Of a stretch of DNA of 64,000 nucleotides, positions 9,615 to 22,418 are shown piece after piece; position 1 is the stretch's first letter; each line of letters begins with the position of its first letter. Position numbers and translations under genes: made by a program. Source of the DNA: an uncultured Candidatus Pelagibacter sp. (GTDB taxonomy: Bacteria > Pseudomonadota > Alphaproteobacteria > Pelagibacterales > Pelagibacteraceae); NCBI RefSeq assembly GCF_943788075.1, contig NZ_CALSOW010000001.1, positions 105,128 to 169,127 of the forward strand, read 5' to 3'. The notes under the pieces are model-generated. The model had not been told where the DNA came from. It worked only from the letters and a program-made list of their open reading frames with translations, and did not search any database.

Positions 9615-11054
9615 ATGTCTAATTATAAAACTGTTTTTTTTACACTGGGGATTTTGCAAATAATACTTGGAGTATCAATGTTCATTCCTATTATAGCTCA
9701 AATTGCTTACTCTGAAATAGACTCATCATTTTTTGGGGCATCAATTGTCACAATAATTTTTGGAACTTTGTTTTTTTTATCAAACTTAGACCACGATAAA
9801 AAATTAAATTTACAACAGGCATTTCTACTCACTGCACTTTCTTGGCTGAGTATAGCAATTTTTGGATCTTTACCATTTATATTTTCGACAATAGAACTAT
9901 CAGTGACTGATGCATTTTTTGAAAGTATGTCAGGAATAACAACCACTGGATCTACAATTATTTCAAATCTAGAGTTTACACCAAAAGCAATTTTGTTATG
10001 GAGAGCTATATTACAATGGTTGGGAGGCATCGGTATTATTGTTATGGCCATCACCTTAATGCCAATAATGAACGTTGGTGGAATGCAATTATTTAAAATA
10101 TCAAGTAATGATTCATCAGAAAAAATACTTCCAAAATCTAAGGAGATAGCCTTAAGATTAATCTATATTTACTCAGGCTTAACCATATTGTGTGGAATGA
10201 CTTATTGGTTATTTGGGATGAGTAAATTTGATAGCTTAACTCACTCTATGACCACAATAGCCACAGGCGGTTTTTCAAATTACAATCAATCTATTGGTTA
10301 TTTTAATAGTATTCCAATTGAGATAGCCTCTATGATATTCATTATTTTAGGAAGTATACCATTTATAGCTTACATTAAATTTATAAGTGGGAATAAAAAA
10401 ATTTTTTTAACAGATACACAAATTAAAACTTTTTTTAAAATTGTTATTACAGCAATTTTATTGTTATCTGCGTACTTATTGTTAAATAATTATGAAAATT
10501 TTAATTTAAGATCAGTTTTTTTTAATAGCATCTCTATATTAACAGGAACTGGTTATGTAAATTCTGAATACGATAGTTGGGGTAGTTTTCCGATCACTTT
10601 GTTTTTGGCACTAATGTTTATAGGTGGATGTGCTGGATCAACAACTTGTGGAATTAAAATTTTTAGAATTCAAATTCTATATTCATTTATAGCAATTCAA
10701 CTCAAAAAAATTATTTATCCAAAAGGTGTATTCGTAATTAAATATGATCAAAGCTCAGTTGATGACAAGTTTATTGCATCAATAATTTCCTTTATTTATT
10801 TTTACTTTGTAATTTTCTTTGTGCTTGCTGCCCTGCTGTCTTTAACAGGTCTTGATTTTATTACTGCAATTTCAGGGGCTGCTACATCAATTTCAAATGT
10901 TGGACCAGGATTGGGTCCTATTATAGGTCCTAATGGAGATTTTTCATCTTTACCTGATATTTCTAAATGGATTTTAACAATTGGTATGATTTTAGGTAGA
11001 CTTGAGCTATTTGCAATATTAGTATTATTCTTGCCATCTTTTTGGAGAAGTTAA
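9615..11054 (+). CDS. trkH: Trk potassium uptake membrane protein
   Basis: FFESMSGITTTG, QWLGGIG, ATGGFS, GGCAGSTTCGIK, NVGPGLG, LGRLE. Confidence 0.93.
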   Translation: MSNYKTVFFTLGILQIILGVSMFIPIIAQIAYSEIDSSFFGASIVTIIFGTLFFLSNLDHDKKLNLQQAFLLTALSWLSIAIFGSLPFIFSTIELSVTDAFFESMSGITTTGSTIISNLEFTPKAILLWRAILQWLGGIGIIVMAITLMPIMNVGGMQLFKISSNDSSEKILPKSKEIALRLIYIYSGLTILCGMTYWLFGMSKFDSLTHSMTTIATGGFSNYNQSIGYFNSIPIEIASMIFIILGSIPFIAYIKFISGNKKIFLTDTQIKTFFKIVITAILLLSAYLLLNNYENFNLRSVFFNSISILTGTGYVNSEYDSWGSFPITLFLALMFIGGCAGSTTCGIKIFRIQILYSFIAIQLKKIIYPKGVFVIKYDQSSVDDKFIASIISFIYFYFVIFFVLAALLSLTGLDFITAISGAATSISNVGPGLGPIIGPNGDFSSLPDISKWILTIGMILGRLELFAILVLFLPSFWRS

Positions 11055-11055
11055 A

Positions 11056-12432
11056 ATGATTGAAATAAAAAAACAATCTCTATCAGAAACTTTTTCGGTT
11101 TATTTTGATAGAAGAATGACAAGAATACTACTACTTGGAGCCATCTCTGGTTTTCCATGGGTTTTAATAGGCAGTAGTTTGAGTTTGTGGCTCAAAGAAG
11201 AAGGTCTAAGTAGATCTACAGTAGGATGGGCAGGATTAATATTTGGGGTATACGCATTTAATTACTTATGGGCACCTCTAATAGACAGACTTCAAATTCC
11301 TTATCTTACAAAAAAACTTGGTCATAGACGTGGCTGGATAGTTTTAATGCAAACTGCAATTTTGATCTGCTTGATTGTTTGGAGTTTAATAAACCCAACA
11401 GAAAATCTTGCACTATTAATTACAATTGGTTTAATCATTGCCATTGCATCAGCAACACAGGACATAACTGTGGACGCTTTAAGAATTGAACAGATCGGTG
11501 AAAATGAGGGTAAATCAATGGCTGCTGGTGCTGCAATGGCAGTTGTTGGTTGGTGGAGTGGATATAAATTAGGTGGTGTAATAGCTTTATTTACCGCAGA
11601 ATACTTTCAAAATATTGGCATAGCTAATTACTGGCAATCAACATTTTTAATTTTGGGAATTGTAGTAATCTTAATGAATATTGGGCTTATGTTTGTTCAT
11701 GAAGTTGCTTCAAGTACCAGGAAGGTTAATCAAAGAAAAACTGACCAACTAATTCAGAGTAAACTTGGATCACAAAATCTTATTACAAATATAATTGCTT
11801 GGATAAGTGGAACCCTAGGGGGTCCCATAATAAGTTTTTTCAAAAAAAATGGATTTTCAATTGCAATAGGTATTTTAGGTTTCGTGTTTTTATTTAAAAT
11901 AGGTGAGGCATTTTTGGGTCGTATGTCTATAGTTTTTTATAAGGAAATTGGATTTTCTAAAGGTGATATTGCTATTTATTCAAAAACTTTGGGCTGGGTT
12001 ACAACAGTTATCTTTACATTGTTAGGTGGTCTATTTGTAATTAGATCAGGAGTTTTAAAAGCAATGTTTCTTGCTGGTATTTTAATGGCTACAACTAATT
12101 TATTGTTTACAGCATTAGCGTGGAGTGGAAAATCAGAGTGGTTATTTGCAGTTGCTGTAATTTTTGACGATATAGCAGCAGCTTTTGCAACAGTTGCTTT
12201 TGTAGCTTTTATTTCACTACTTGTAGATAGAACCTATACAGCAACCCAATACGCCCTACTAGCTTCTATAGGAACTGCAGGAAGGACTACTCTTGCATCA
12301 TCATCTGGAGCTTTAGTTGATTGGTTAAATGGCGATTGGGGTACGTTTTTTATTCTAACAGCTATTATGGTTATCCCATCTTTGATTTGCTTATGGTTTA
12401 TTAAAGATAAAATAAAACTTAGTGAAAAATAA
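11056..12432 (+). CDS. ampG: AmpG-family muropeptide MFS permease
   Basis: LLGAISGFP, LWAPLIDR..LGHRRGW, SATQDITVDALRIE, YTATQYALL. Confidence 0.88.
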   Translation: MIEIKKQSLSETFSVYFDRRMTRILLLGAISGFPWVLIGSSLSLWLKEEGLSRSTVGWAGLIFGVYAFNYLWAPLIDRLQIPYLTKKLGHRRGWIVLMQTAILICLIVWSLINPTENLALLITIGLIIAIASATQDITVDALRIEQIGENEGKSMAAGAAMAVVGWWSGYKLGGVIALFTAEYFQNIGIANYWQSTFLILGIVVILMNIGLMFVHEVASSTRKVNQRKTDQLIQSKLGSQNLITNIIAWISGTLGGPIISFFKKNGFSIAIGILGFVFLFKIGEAFLGRMSIVFYKEIGFSKGDIAIYSKTLGWVTTVIFTLLGGLFVIRSGVLKAMFLAGILMATTNLLFTALAWSGKSEWLFAVAVIFDDIAAAFATVAFVAFISLLVDRTYTATQYALLASIGTAGRTTLASSSGALVDWLNGDWGTFFILTAIMVIPSLICLWFIKDKIKLSEK

Positions 12433-13168
12433 TTTTTTTTATAAGAAGGAATATTCAAATATTTATAAAACAACTTCTAGATTTTCAGAAGTTACCTCAC
12501 AAATTCTATATGGAGAAAAATTTAAAATTTTATCTAAAAATAAAGATTGGATAAAAATAAAATCTTTATTTGATAATTATGTTGGCTATATCAAAAATGA
12601 AAATTATGTAAAAAACTATAAGCCATCACACAAAGTTTATAGTTTAAAAGCTTTTATTTATAGTAAACCTAATAATAAAACGAAATCTTTTTTACCTTTT
12701 GCATCAAAATTTTCGATAATTCATGAAAATAAAAATTTTTTACAATTTGATAAAAATAAATGGTTAAAAAAAAAAGATACAAAAAAGATTTATCACATAG
12801 AAAAGAATTTTGTTAAAATATTAAGATTATTTTTAAAAACTAAGTATGTTTGGGGTGGCAAAACTTACAATGGAATTGATTGTTCAGCTTTATTGCAGCT
12901 ATTTTATTATTATAATAATTCCTTTTATCCAAGAGATACAAAAGACCAAATCAAATATTCAAGAAAAAAATTAAAAAGAAAAGTATTTAAAAAAGGTGAT
13001 GTAATCTTTTGGAAAGGTCATGTTGCCGTGTGCATTAATTCTAAACAATTAATTCACGCTTATGGTCCAGAAAAAAAAGTATTAATTATGCCAATAATAA
13101 AAACAATAGAGAGAATTGAAAGAACAGCTAGCCTGTCTATAAAAAAAATATCCTCTATAAAATATTAA
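12422..13168 (+). CDS. NlpC/P60 cysteine peptidase with N-terminal SH3-like region (YkfC-like); GTG start
   Basis: SQILYGE..YVGY, Y.WGG...GIDCSAL (Cys), PRDT..Q, KGHVA (His), IHA. Confidence 0.82.
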   Translation: MKNNFFYKKEYSNIYKTTSRFSEVTSQILYGEKFKILSKNKDWIKIKSLFDNYVGYIKNENYVKNYKPSHKVYSLKAFIYSKPNNKTKSFLPFASKFSIIHENKNFLQFDKNKWLKKKDTKKIYHIEKNFVKILRLFLKTKYVWGGKTYNGIDCSALLQLFYYYNNSFYPRDTKDQIKYSRKKLKRKVFKKGDVIFWKGHVAVCINSKQLIHAYGPEKKVLIMPIIKTIERIERTASLSIKKISSIKY

Positions 13169-14061
13169 CTTCTTCCAAAATCAGGTTTGTTAACATCTTG
13201 CTTTAATTTAATAATTTTTGTTCTTACTTTTTTAGTTTGAATTAATTTTTTTAAGATTGATTTATTATTTTTTGAATTAATATCTTTTTTAAAAGAATTT
13301 AAGTTTTTGATAAATAGATCAATGGCTTTTGAAATATTATTTTTATTGTTAAAAAATATATCTCTCCACATAATTTCATTTGAGGCTGCTATTCTTGAAA
13401 AATCTCGTAACCCACCTGCACTATATTTAATCAAATCATAATTTTGTATTTTTTCAAAGTCTTGTGCTGATTTTACTAAATTGTATGCAATCAAGTGTGG
13501 GAGGTGACTAGTTATAGAAAAAATTTTATCATGTTTTTCTGGACTCATAACAACTATTTTTGATCCAATCTTTTTCCAAAATTTATTTAGTATACTTAAA
13601 TGATTTTTCTTAGTACTTTTCTCTTTTATCAAAACACACCATTTATCCTCAAATATATCCTGCCTTCCATGCTCTGGTCCACTTACTTCAGATCCTGCTA
13701 TTGGGTGACTTTGTGTCCAGGAAATATCTTTTCTTAAAAATTTTTTAATAATCTTTGAAGACTCTATTTTTGAAGAACCTATATCAGTTATAATAGTTTT
13801 GGATAATAAGCATTTGTTCATTCTAAGAATAAGATTCTTATATTCATTCATTGGTGTACATAAAATAATCAAATCTGCTTTTACAACTCCATCCTCTAAT
13901 TTTTTTATAATTATTCCTGGTAGTTTTAATTTTTTTATTTTTGTAATATTAGATTTTGATTTCTCATAAATATAAATCTTGTCAGCCATCTTCTTTTTTT
14001 GAATTCTTCTCAACAAAGATGATCCCAATAAACCACATCCAATAATTAAAATATTTTTCAT
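13165..14061 (-). CDS. tyrC: Prephenate/arogenate (cyclohexadienyl) dehydrogenase
   Basis: GCGLLGSS, TDIGSSK, HPIAGSE, HD....TSHLPH, GLRDFSRIA. Confidence 0.9.
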   Translation of the reverse strand: MKNILIIGCGLLGSSLLRRIQKKKMADKIYIYEKSKSNITKIKKLKLPGIIIKKLEDGVVKADLIILCTPMNEYKNLILRMNKCLLSKTIITDIGSSKIESSKIIKKFLRKDISWTQSHPIAGSEVSGPEHGRQDIFEDKWCVLIKEKSTKKNHLSILNKFWKKIGSKIVVMSPEKHDKIFSITSHLPHLIAYNLVKSAQDFEKIQNYDLIKYSAGGLRDFSRIAASNEIMWRDIFFNNKNNISKAIDLFIKNLNSFKKDINSKNNKSILKKLIQTKKVRTKIIKLKQDVNKPDFGRS

Positions 14062-14062
14062 A

Positions 14063-15145
14063 TTAATTTAATATTTTTTTCACAGCATTCATAAATGCTA
14101 AATTTTCATTTTTAGATCCAATAGTTAATCTTAATTTATTTTTAATGTGATAACCATCTTCTGTAGATCTTAAAATAATTCCTTTTATTTTTAATCTTTC
14201 ATAAAAATATCTTGCTGTATATTTGCATTTTTCAAAATCTAAAAATAAAAAATTTGCAGAAATTGGATTTGAAAAAATTTCGTATTTTTCAAGAAAGGAT
14301 TTTAACTTTTCTGCATAATATAAGTTATGTTTTATTGAGCGCTTAATAAACTTTTGATCCTTAAGTGACTCAGTTGCTGCCATTTGTCCGATATGACTAA
14401 CATTAAATGGAGGTTTTATAACATTTAATGCATTTATTATTTTTTTGGATCCATATCCCCACCCAACCCGTAAGGAAGCTAGTCCAAATATTTTAGAGAA
14501 TGTTCTTAATACAAAAACATTATCTTTGTTTTTAAACAAATCTAATCCTGATTTGTAGTCAGAATTTATCATATATTCTGCGTAAGCATCGTCTACCACC
14601 AATAAAACATTTTTGTTCAATTTTTTTCTAAGTTCTAGTATCTCTTTTTTTGTCAAATAAGTTCCAGTGGGATTATTAGGGTTAGCAAGGAAAACTATTT
14701 TTGTATTTTTTGTTACTTTTTTGAGTATCTCAATATTTGAAATTTTATAGTTAATTTCTTTAGCAAATTTAACCTTTGCATCAACAATATTTGCATAAAT
14801 TCTGTACATTAGAAAACTGTATTCTGGAACTACAACTTCATCTTTTGGCTTTAAAAATAATTGACAGATCATTTGAATAACTTCATCTGAACCTGCTCCA
14901 CATATAATTTTATCTGGATCACATTTAAATTTTTTTGATATTTCTTTTCTTAAACTATAAGATTTACCATCTGGATATCTCTCTAAATTTAACCCTTTAT
15001 TAGATATTATCTTGGTTGCTTTAGAGCTCATTCCCAAAGCTGACTCATTTGCTGATAATTTAATTATTTTTTTTAGTTTTTTAATTTTGGATTTACCAGG
15101 TTTGTAAGGCTCAATATTAAAATTTTTAAATTTTGGAGTGGTCAT
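14063..15145 (-). CDS. hisC: Histidinol-phosphate aminotransferase
   Basis: KLSANE, RYPD, GAGSDE, ANPNNPTG, DAYAEY, RTFSKIFGLASLRVG. Confidence 0.93.
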   Translation of the reverse strand: MTTPKFKNFNIEPYKPGKSKIKKLKKIIKLSANESALGMSSKATKIISNKGLNLERYPDGKSYSLRKEISKKFKCDPDKIICGAGSDEVIQMICQLFLKPKDEVVVPEYSFLMYRIYANIVDAKVKFAKEINYKISNIEILKKVTKNTKIVFLANPNNPTGTYLTKKEILELRKKLNKNVLLVVDDAYAEYMINSDYKSGLDLFKNKDNVFVLRTFSKIFGLASLRVGWGYGSKKIINALNVIKPPFNVSHIGQMAATESLKDQKFIKRSIKHNLYYAEKLKSFLEKYEIFSNPISANFLFLDFEKCKYTARYFYERLKIKGIILRSTEDGYHIKNKLRLTIGSKNENLAFMNAVKKILN

Positions 15146-15217
15146 ATTTTTAATTTATGAGTTCTTTATAGATAAAATTATAAATTTTTACATAGAATAA
15201 GACATTTTTTAAAAAAA

Positions 15218-15246
15218 TTGACATAATAAATAACATCTAGTACAAA
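15218..15246 (+). promoter_or_regulatory. Candidate sigma70 promoter for the SAM-II/metXW transcript
   Basis: TTGACA-N17-TACAAA, placing the start just before the riboswitch. Confidence 0.5.
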
Positions 15247-15251
15247 ATTTA

Positions 15252-15300
15252 TGCGCTGATTTAACTGAATTGCGAGCGCTTAAAAAAAACCGCTAAAATT
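15252..15300 (+). ncRNA. SAM-II riboswitch
   Basis: GCGCTGATTTAACTGAATTGCGAGCGC...GCTAAAA matches the SAM-II core (P1 GCGCU/AGCGC, UGAUUU, 3' GCUAAA) directly upstream of metX. Confidence 0.88.
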
Positions 15301-15324
15301 GTTTTTTTTCTCTCAATTCAAATA

Positions 15325-16455
15325 ATGGCTTTTATTATGAATAAGGAATTAAACTTAAAAACTTTAATAGTTAAAAAACCACTTAAACTCGATTGTGGAA
15401 AAACAATTAATGATTTTCCAATTGCATACGAAACCTATGGAACTTTAAATGAAGAAAAAGATAACGCTATTTTAGTTTTTCATGCACTTACAGGAGACCA
15501 ATTTGTAACAGGCTTAAATCCAATTACAAATAAAGATGGCTGGTGGTCTTATGCTGTAGGTCCTGATAAGGCGATTGATACAAACAAATATTTTGTAATC
15601 TGCTCAAATGTGATTGGTGGATGCCTCGGCTCATTTGGGCCAAGTCACAAAGATCCAAATACACAAAAGGTTTTTGGTACTAATTTTCCTGTAATCACGA
15701 TTAATGACATGGTAAATGCTCAGAATAATTTACTAGATCACTTTGGTATAGAAAAACTTTTTTCTATTGTGGGAGGATCAATGGGTGGAATGCAAGTTCT
15801 ACAATTTATTAGTAATTTTCCAGATAAGGCTAAAACTGTAATTCCTATTGCGTGTACCTCAAATCATTCAGCACAAAATATTGCATTTAATGAACTTGGG
15901 AGACAAGCGATTGCTGCAGATACTAATTGGAATGGAGGAGATTATAATTCTAAAGATACTATACCCAATAAAGGTTTGGCAGTTGCAAGAATGGCTGCGC
16001 ATATCACATATCTTTCAAAAAAAGGCCTCCAAGAAAAATTTGGTAGAAAATTACAAGAAAGAGAAGATCTTAAATTTGGATTTGACGCTGATTTTCAAAT
16101 TGAAAGTTACTTGAGATATCAAGGTTCAGTTTTTGTAGATAGATTTGATGCAAATAGTTACCTTTATATCACAAGAGCTATGGATTATTTTGATTTAGCT
16201 AAACAATTTAACGGAAATTTATCAGATGCTTTTAAAGAAACCAAAGCTAAATTTTTCATAATATCTTTTACATCAGATTGGCTTTACCCTACTCAGGAAA
16301 ATAAAGATATCGTAATTGCTTTAAACTCTATTGGTGCTGATGTGGGTTTTGTTGAAATCGAGTCAGACAAAGGACATGACTCTTTCTTGCTTGATGTTCC
16401 AGACTTTCTTAGTGCTCTTAAAAATTTTTTAGAAAAATCTTATACAGATAATTAG
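15325..16455 (+). CDS. metX: Homoserine O-acetyltransferase (start may be 15337)
   Basis: [41 protein letters not shown]. Confidence 0.95.
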   Translation: MAFIMNKELNLKTLIVKKPLKLDCGKTINDFPIAYETYGTLNEEKDNAILVFHALTGDQFVTGLNPITNKDGWWSYAVGPDKAIDTNKYFVICSNVIGGCLGSFGPSHKDPNTQKVFGTNFPVITINDMVNAQNNLLDHFGIEKLFSIVGGSMGGMQVLQFISNFPDKAKTVIPIACTSNHSAQNIAFNELGRQAIAADTNWNGGDYNSKDTIPNKGLAVARMAAHITYLSKKGLQEKFGRKLQEREDLKFGFDADFQIESYLRYQGSVFVDRFDANSYLYITRAMDYFDLAKQFNGNLSDAFKETKAKFFIISFTSDWLYPTQENKDIVIALNSIGADVGFVEIESDKGHDSFLLDVPDFLSALKNFLEKSYTDN

Positions 16456-16457
16456 TT

Positions 16458-17054
16458 ATGAAAAATGAATTTAAAGTTATTGCTGATTTAATTGAAAAAG
16501 ATAAAAAAGTTTTAGATGTTGGATGTGCAGATGGCACTCTAATGAAATTTTTAAAAGATAATAAGAATATTAACATTAGAGGATTAGAAATCTCAAAAGA
16601 TAAGGTACAAAAATGTATAGCAAAAGGTCTAACGGTAATTGAGGGAAATGCTGAGAAAGATTTAATGCAATTTCCTGACAAATCTTTTGATTATGTTGTT
16701 TTAAGTCAAACACTTCAGGCATTTTTAAATCCTGAACTAGTAATAAATGAATTATTAAGAGTTGGAAAAAAAGCAATAGTTACCATACCCAATTTTGGTT
16801 ATTGGAAAATTAGACTTCATTTATTAACTAAAGGAACAATGCCTATAACCAAAACATTGCCTGATGAGTGGTACAACACTCCGAATTTACATATGTGTAC
16901 AATTAAAGATTTTGTTCATTTTGTAAAATCTAGAAATTTTAAAATTTTCAAATCGATAGCTCTAAACAATGAAAACATATCCTCAATTAGTGATACTAAT
17001 TTAGGTATTAAAAATTTATTTGCTGATCTCGGTATATTTTTAATTGAAAAATAA
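16458..17054 (+). CDS. metW: Methionine biosynthesis protein MetW
   Basis: VLDVGCADG, LSQTLQ, PNFGYW, WYNTPNLH; follows metX. Confidence 0.92.
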   Translation: MKNEFKVIADLIEKDKKVLDVGCADGTLMKFLKDNKNINIRGLEISKDKVQKCIAKGLTVIEGNAEKDLMQFPDKSFDYVVLSQTLQAFLNPELVINELLRVGKKAIVTIPNFGYWKIRLHLLTKGTMPITKTLPDEWYNTPNLHMCTIKDFVHFVKSRNFKIFKSIALNNENISSISDTNLGIKNLFADLGIFLIEK

Positions 17055-17055
17055 T

Positions 17056-17775
17056 ATGAGAATAGAAATAATTCCCTGCTTAAAAGATAATTACAGTTAT
17101 TTAATAATTGATGAATCTAATAATACAGCATGTGTTATTGACCCAAGTGAAGCTGAACCAATTATTAATTTTATTGAAAGAGAAAATATTGCTCTAAAAT
17201 ATATTCTAAATACACATCATCATTTTGATCATATCGGAGGAAACATAGATCTAAAAAATAGATATAATTCAATCGTAGTTGGCTATAAAGATGATGCTAA
17301 TAGAATTCCAAAGATCCAAGTTTTAGTTGAGGATGGTCAAATTTGGAAAGCTGATAACTTTGAGGCAAAAATTATTCATGTACCTGGCCATACAACAGGT
17401 CATATTAGTTTTCATTTTTTTAGAGAAAAACTAATCTTTACTGGTGACACACTATTTTCTCTTGGTTGTGGAAAAATTTTTGAAGGCACTCATCAAGAAA
17501 TGTTTAACTCTTTAGGAAAAATAAAAAGCCTTCCTGAGGACACTAAAATTTATTGTGGACATGAATACACACTTCAAAACTCTAAGTTTTGCATCAAACA
17601 TGAGCCTGAAAATGTAAATTTACAAAATAAAATATCAATAATTAATGAAAAGCTTAAAAAAAATCTGCCCACTATCCCCTCTAGTGTCAAAGATGAAATA
17701 GAATGCAATATATTTTTAAGAGCAAAAAACGTTGAATCCTTTTCAAAATTGAGAGATTTAAAGGATAATTTCTAG
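17056..17775 (+). CDS. gloB: Hydroxyacylglutathione hydrolase (glyoxalase II)
   Basis: DNYSY, THHHFDHIGG, PGHT.GH, FTGDTLF..GCG, CGHEYT; ATG at 17056 follows the metW stop. Confidence 0.93.
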   Translation: MRIEIIPCLKDNYSYLIIDESNNTACVIDPSEAEPIINFIERENIALKYILNTHHHFDHIGGNIDLKNRYNSIVVGYKDDANRIPKIQVLVEDGQIWKADNFEAKIIHVPGHTTGHISFHFFREKLIFTGDTLFSLGCGKIFEGTHQEMFNSLGKIKSLPEDTKIYCGHEYTLQNSKFCIKHEPENVNLQNKISIINEKLKKNLPTIPSSVKDEIECNIFLRAKNVESFSKLRDLKDNF

Positions 17776-17784
17776 TTAATTCGA

Positions 17785-17813
17785 CTTGACTAAAACCTTG
17801 CTACAACTATATT
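17785..17813 (+). promoter_or_regulatory. RpoD promoter of rplU-rpmA
   Basis: (C)TTGACT-N16-TATATT. Confidence 0.6.
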
Positions 17814-17840
17814 GCGGTAACTTAAATTTAAATTCTTACT

Positions 17841-18254
17841 ATGTCATACGCTATAATAAAAACAGGTGGAAAGCAGTATAAAGTAAAAGCTGGTGAAATC
17901 CTGAAAATTGAAAAATTACCAGACTCAAAACCTGAGTCTAAGATAGAATTCAACGAAATACTTGCATATGGAGATGATAAATCTATAGAGATAGGTACTC
18001 CACATGTTGAAGGTGCTAAAGTAGAAGCTGATTTAATCAAAAATGGTAAAGACAGAACAATTTTAATCTTCAAAAAAAGAAGAAGACATAATTCAAGAAG
18101 AAAAAATGGTCATAGACAAGAACACACAATGATTAGGATTAACAAAATTTTTTCTAAAGATGGTAAAGTTTTATCTGAGGCAGAAAAAATGGTTAAACCA
18201 ACTAAAAAAGTTGAAGCTGAAGTTAAACCAAAAACAGAAGTGGTAAATAAATAA
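17841..18254 (+). CDS. rplU: 50S ribosomal protein L21 (with C-terminal extension)
   Basis: YAIIKTGGKQYKV, FKKRRR..SRRKNGHRQ. Confidence 0.97.
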   Translation: MSYAIIKTGGKQYKVKAGEILKIEKLPDSKPESKIEFNEILAYGDDKSIEIGTPHVEGAKVEADLIKNGKDRTILIFKKRRRHNSRRKNGHRQEHTMIRINKIFSKDGKVLSEAEKMVKPTKKVEAEVKPKTEVVNK

Positions 18255-18266
18255 ATTAGGTAAGTT

Positions 18267-18521
18267 ATGGCAACAAAAAAAGCAGGTGGATCATCGAGAA
18301 ACGGACGAGATAGTGCTGGGCGAAGACTTGGTGTTAAAAAGTATGGTGGTGAGACAGTAATACCTGGAAATATAATTGTAAGACAAAGAGGAACTAAAAT
18401 TTTTCCTGGCGAAAATGTAGGAATGGGTAAAGATCATTCTATTTTTTCAGTTGTAAAAGGTAAAGTTGTATTCAAAAAATCTAAAGCAGATAGAACTTTC
18501 GTTTCAGTAAAGCCCAATTAA
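18267..18521 (+). CDS. rpmA: 50S ribosomal protein L27
   Basis: [34 protein letters not shown]. Confidence 0.98.
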   Translation: MATKKAGGSSRNGRDSAGRRLGVKKYGGETVIPGNIIVRQRGTKIFPGENVGMGKDHSIFSVVKGKVVFKKSKADRTFVSVKPN

Positions 18522-18524
18522 TAG

Positions 18525-20628
<2,104 letters not shown>

Positions 20629-20629
20629 A

Positions 20630-21880
20630 ATGATTAAAATAATGAACTTAATAGGTATTAAAAGCAGAAAGGCTTCTGAAAAAAAAATTAATTTAGATAC
20701 TAAAAATAAAGTTTTAATTCTTTACGCTAAATTACTTGATAGAGAAAATAAATCGATTTTAAGAGAAAACTTAAAAGATATTAAATTTGCTAAAAGTAAA
20801 GGAATTAAAGAAAATCTAATTAACAGACTTCAAATTGATAAAGTAAAACTCAAAAATATCAAAGATTCTGTCATTAAAATTTCAAAACTAAAAGATCCTG
20901 TAAACGTAACTCTAAAAAAATGGAGTAGACCAAACGGATTAAATATAAAAAGAGTAACAATACCAATTGGTGTAATTGGTGTTATTTTTGAAAGTAGACC
21001 CAATGTAACATCTGATGTAGCAGGTCTATGTTTTAAATCTGGTAATGCTGTAATTCTAAAAGGTGGATCAGAAGCTATAAACACCAATAGAATATTGGCA
21101 AAATTATTTCGACAAGCTCTTAAAAAACATAATGTTGATGAAAATTATATTCAATTTGTAGACTCTACGGATAGAAAAATGGTCGACATTATGCTTTCAA
21201 AAATGAAACAATACATTGATGTAATAATTCCTAGAGGAGGAAAAAATTTAGTTAAAAGAGTTCAAGAGTTTTCAACAGTCCCTATAATCGGCCACCTGGA
21301 AGGTATCTGCCACACATTCATTGATAAAGATGCAGAATTAAATATGGCATCAAATATCATTTATAATGCAAAATTAAGAAATACAGCTATTTGTGGTGCA
21401 ACTGAAACTATTTTACTTCATGAAAAAATAGTTAAAAAATTTTGTAATCCAATTTTAAAAAGACTTGAGAATGAGAATTGTAAAATATACGGCGACAATA
21501 TCATAAGAAAAAATTACAAAGGTAAAGTTTATCCAGCTAAAGAAAAAGATTGGTCTACAGAATATTTAACAGCTGCTGTATCAGTTAAAGTTGTTAAAAG
21601 TTCTGATGAAGCTATCAATCATATAAACAAATATGGAACGATGCATACCGACTCAATTATTACTAAAAATAAAAAAACAGCTAGTAAGTTTTTAAAAAAT
21701 GTTAAAAGCTCTATTGCAATGCACAATACATCAACACAATTTGCAGATGGTGGTGAATTTGGGTTTGGTGGAGAAGTGGGTATATCAACAAATACAATTC
21801 CTCCAAGAGGCCCTGTTGGTTTAGAGCAATTAGTTTCATATAAATACGAAATATCAAGTAAAGGAAAAATAAGAAAATAA
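20630..21880 (+). CDS. proA: Gamma-glutamyl phosphate reductase
   Basis: PIGVIGVIFESRPNVT, IPRGG, ICGATET, STQFADGGEFGFG, RGPVGL. Confidence 0.96.
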   Translation: MIKIMNLIGIKSRKASEKKINLDTKNKVLILYAKLLDRENKSILRENLKDIKFAKSKGIKENLINRLQIDKVKLKNIKDSVIKISKLKDPVNVTLKKWSRPNGLNIKRVTIPIGVIGVIFESRPNVTSDVAGLCFKSGNAVILKGGSEAINTNRILAKLFRQALKKHNVDENYIQFVDSTDRKMVDIMLSKMKQYIDVIIPRGGKNLVKRVQEFSTVPIIGHLEGICHTFIDKDAELNMASNIIYNAKLRNTAICGATETILLHEKIVKKFCNPILKRLENENCKIYGDNIIRKNYKGKVYPAKEKDWSTEYLTAAVSVKVVKSSDEAINHINKYGTMHTDSIITKNKKTASKFLKNVKSSIAMHNTSTQFADGGEFGFGGEVGISTNTIPPRGPVGLEQLVSYKYEISSKGKIRK

Positions 21881-21894
21881 ATTATATATAGAAA

Positions 21895-22401
21895 ATGAAA
21901 ATTGGAATTTTAGGAGGTTCATTTGATCCAGCTCACAAAGGTCATTTGGCAATATCCAAGGAAGCTAAAAGAAGATTTAAACTTGAAAAAATTATTTGGG
22001 CAGTTACTAAAAAAAATCCTCTGAAAACTAAAAGCAAAACACCGATATCTAAAAGAACAAAAGATTGTAAAAAAATAATAGGATTAAACTCTTTTATAAA
22101 AGTAAAATTTTATGAAAATATTATTAAATCTAATAAGACTATTGACTTAATAAACCATCTTAAAAAAAATAAAAATATTGAAATTTTTTTTTTAATGGGA
22201 GCAGATAACCTAATTAACTTTCACAAATGGTATAAATCAAAATTAATTTCACAAAAATGTAATATCGTTGTATTTGATCGTCATGGTTATAAAAAAAATT
22301 CTTTAAAATCAAAGACATTTAAGAGACTCAATAATAAAACTCTTACTTTTGTAGAGTTTAAAAAAGTCAACATTTCATCTTCTCAATTAAGAAAAATTTG
22401 A
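21895..22401 (+). CDS. nadD: Nicotinate-nucleotide adenylyltransferase
   Basis: GGSFDPAHKGH, MGADNL..FHKW, ISSSQLR. Confidence 0.92.
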   Translation: MKIGILGGSFDPAHKGHLAISKEAKRRFKLEKIIWAVTKKNPLKTKSKTPISKRTKDCKKIIGLNSFIKVKFYENIIKSNKTIDLINHLKKNKNIEIFFLMGADNLINFHKWYKSKLISQKCNIVVFDRHGYKKNSLKSKTFKRLNNKTLTFVEFKKVNISSSQLRKI

Positions 22402-22418
22402 TAGTCTAACTGTAATTA

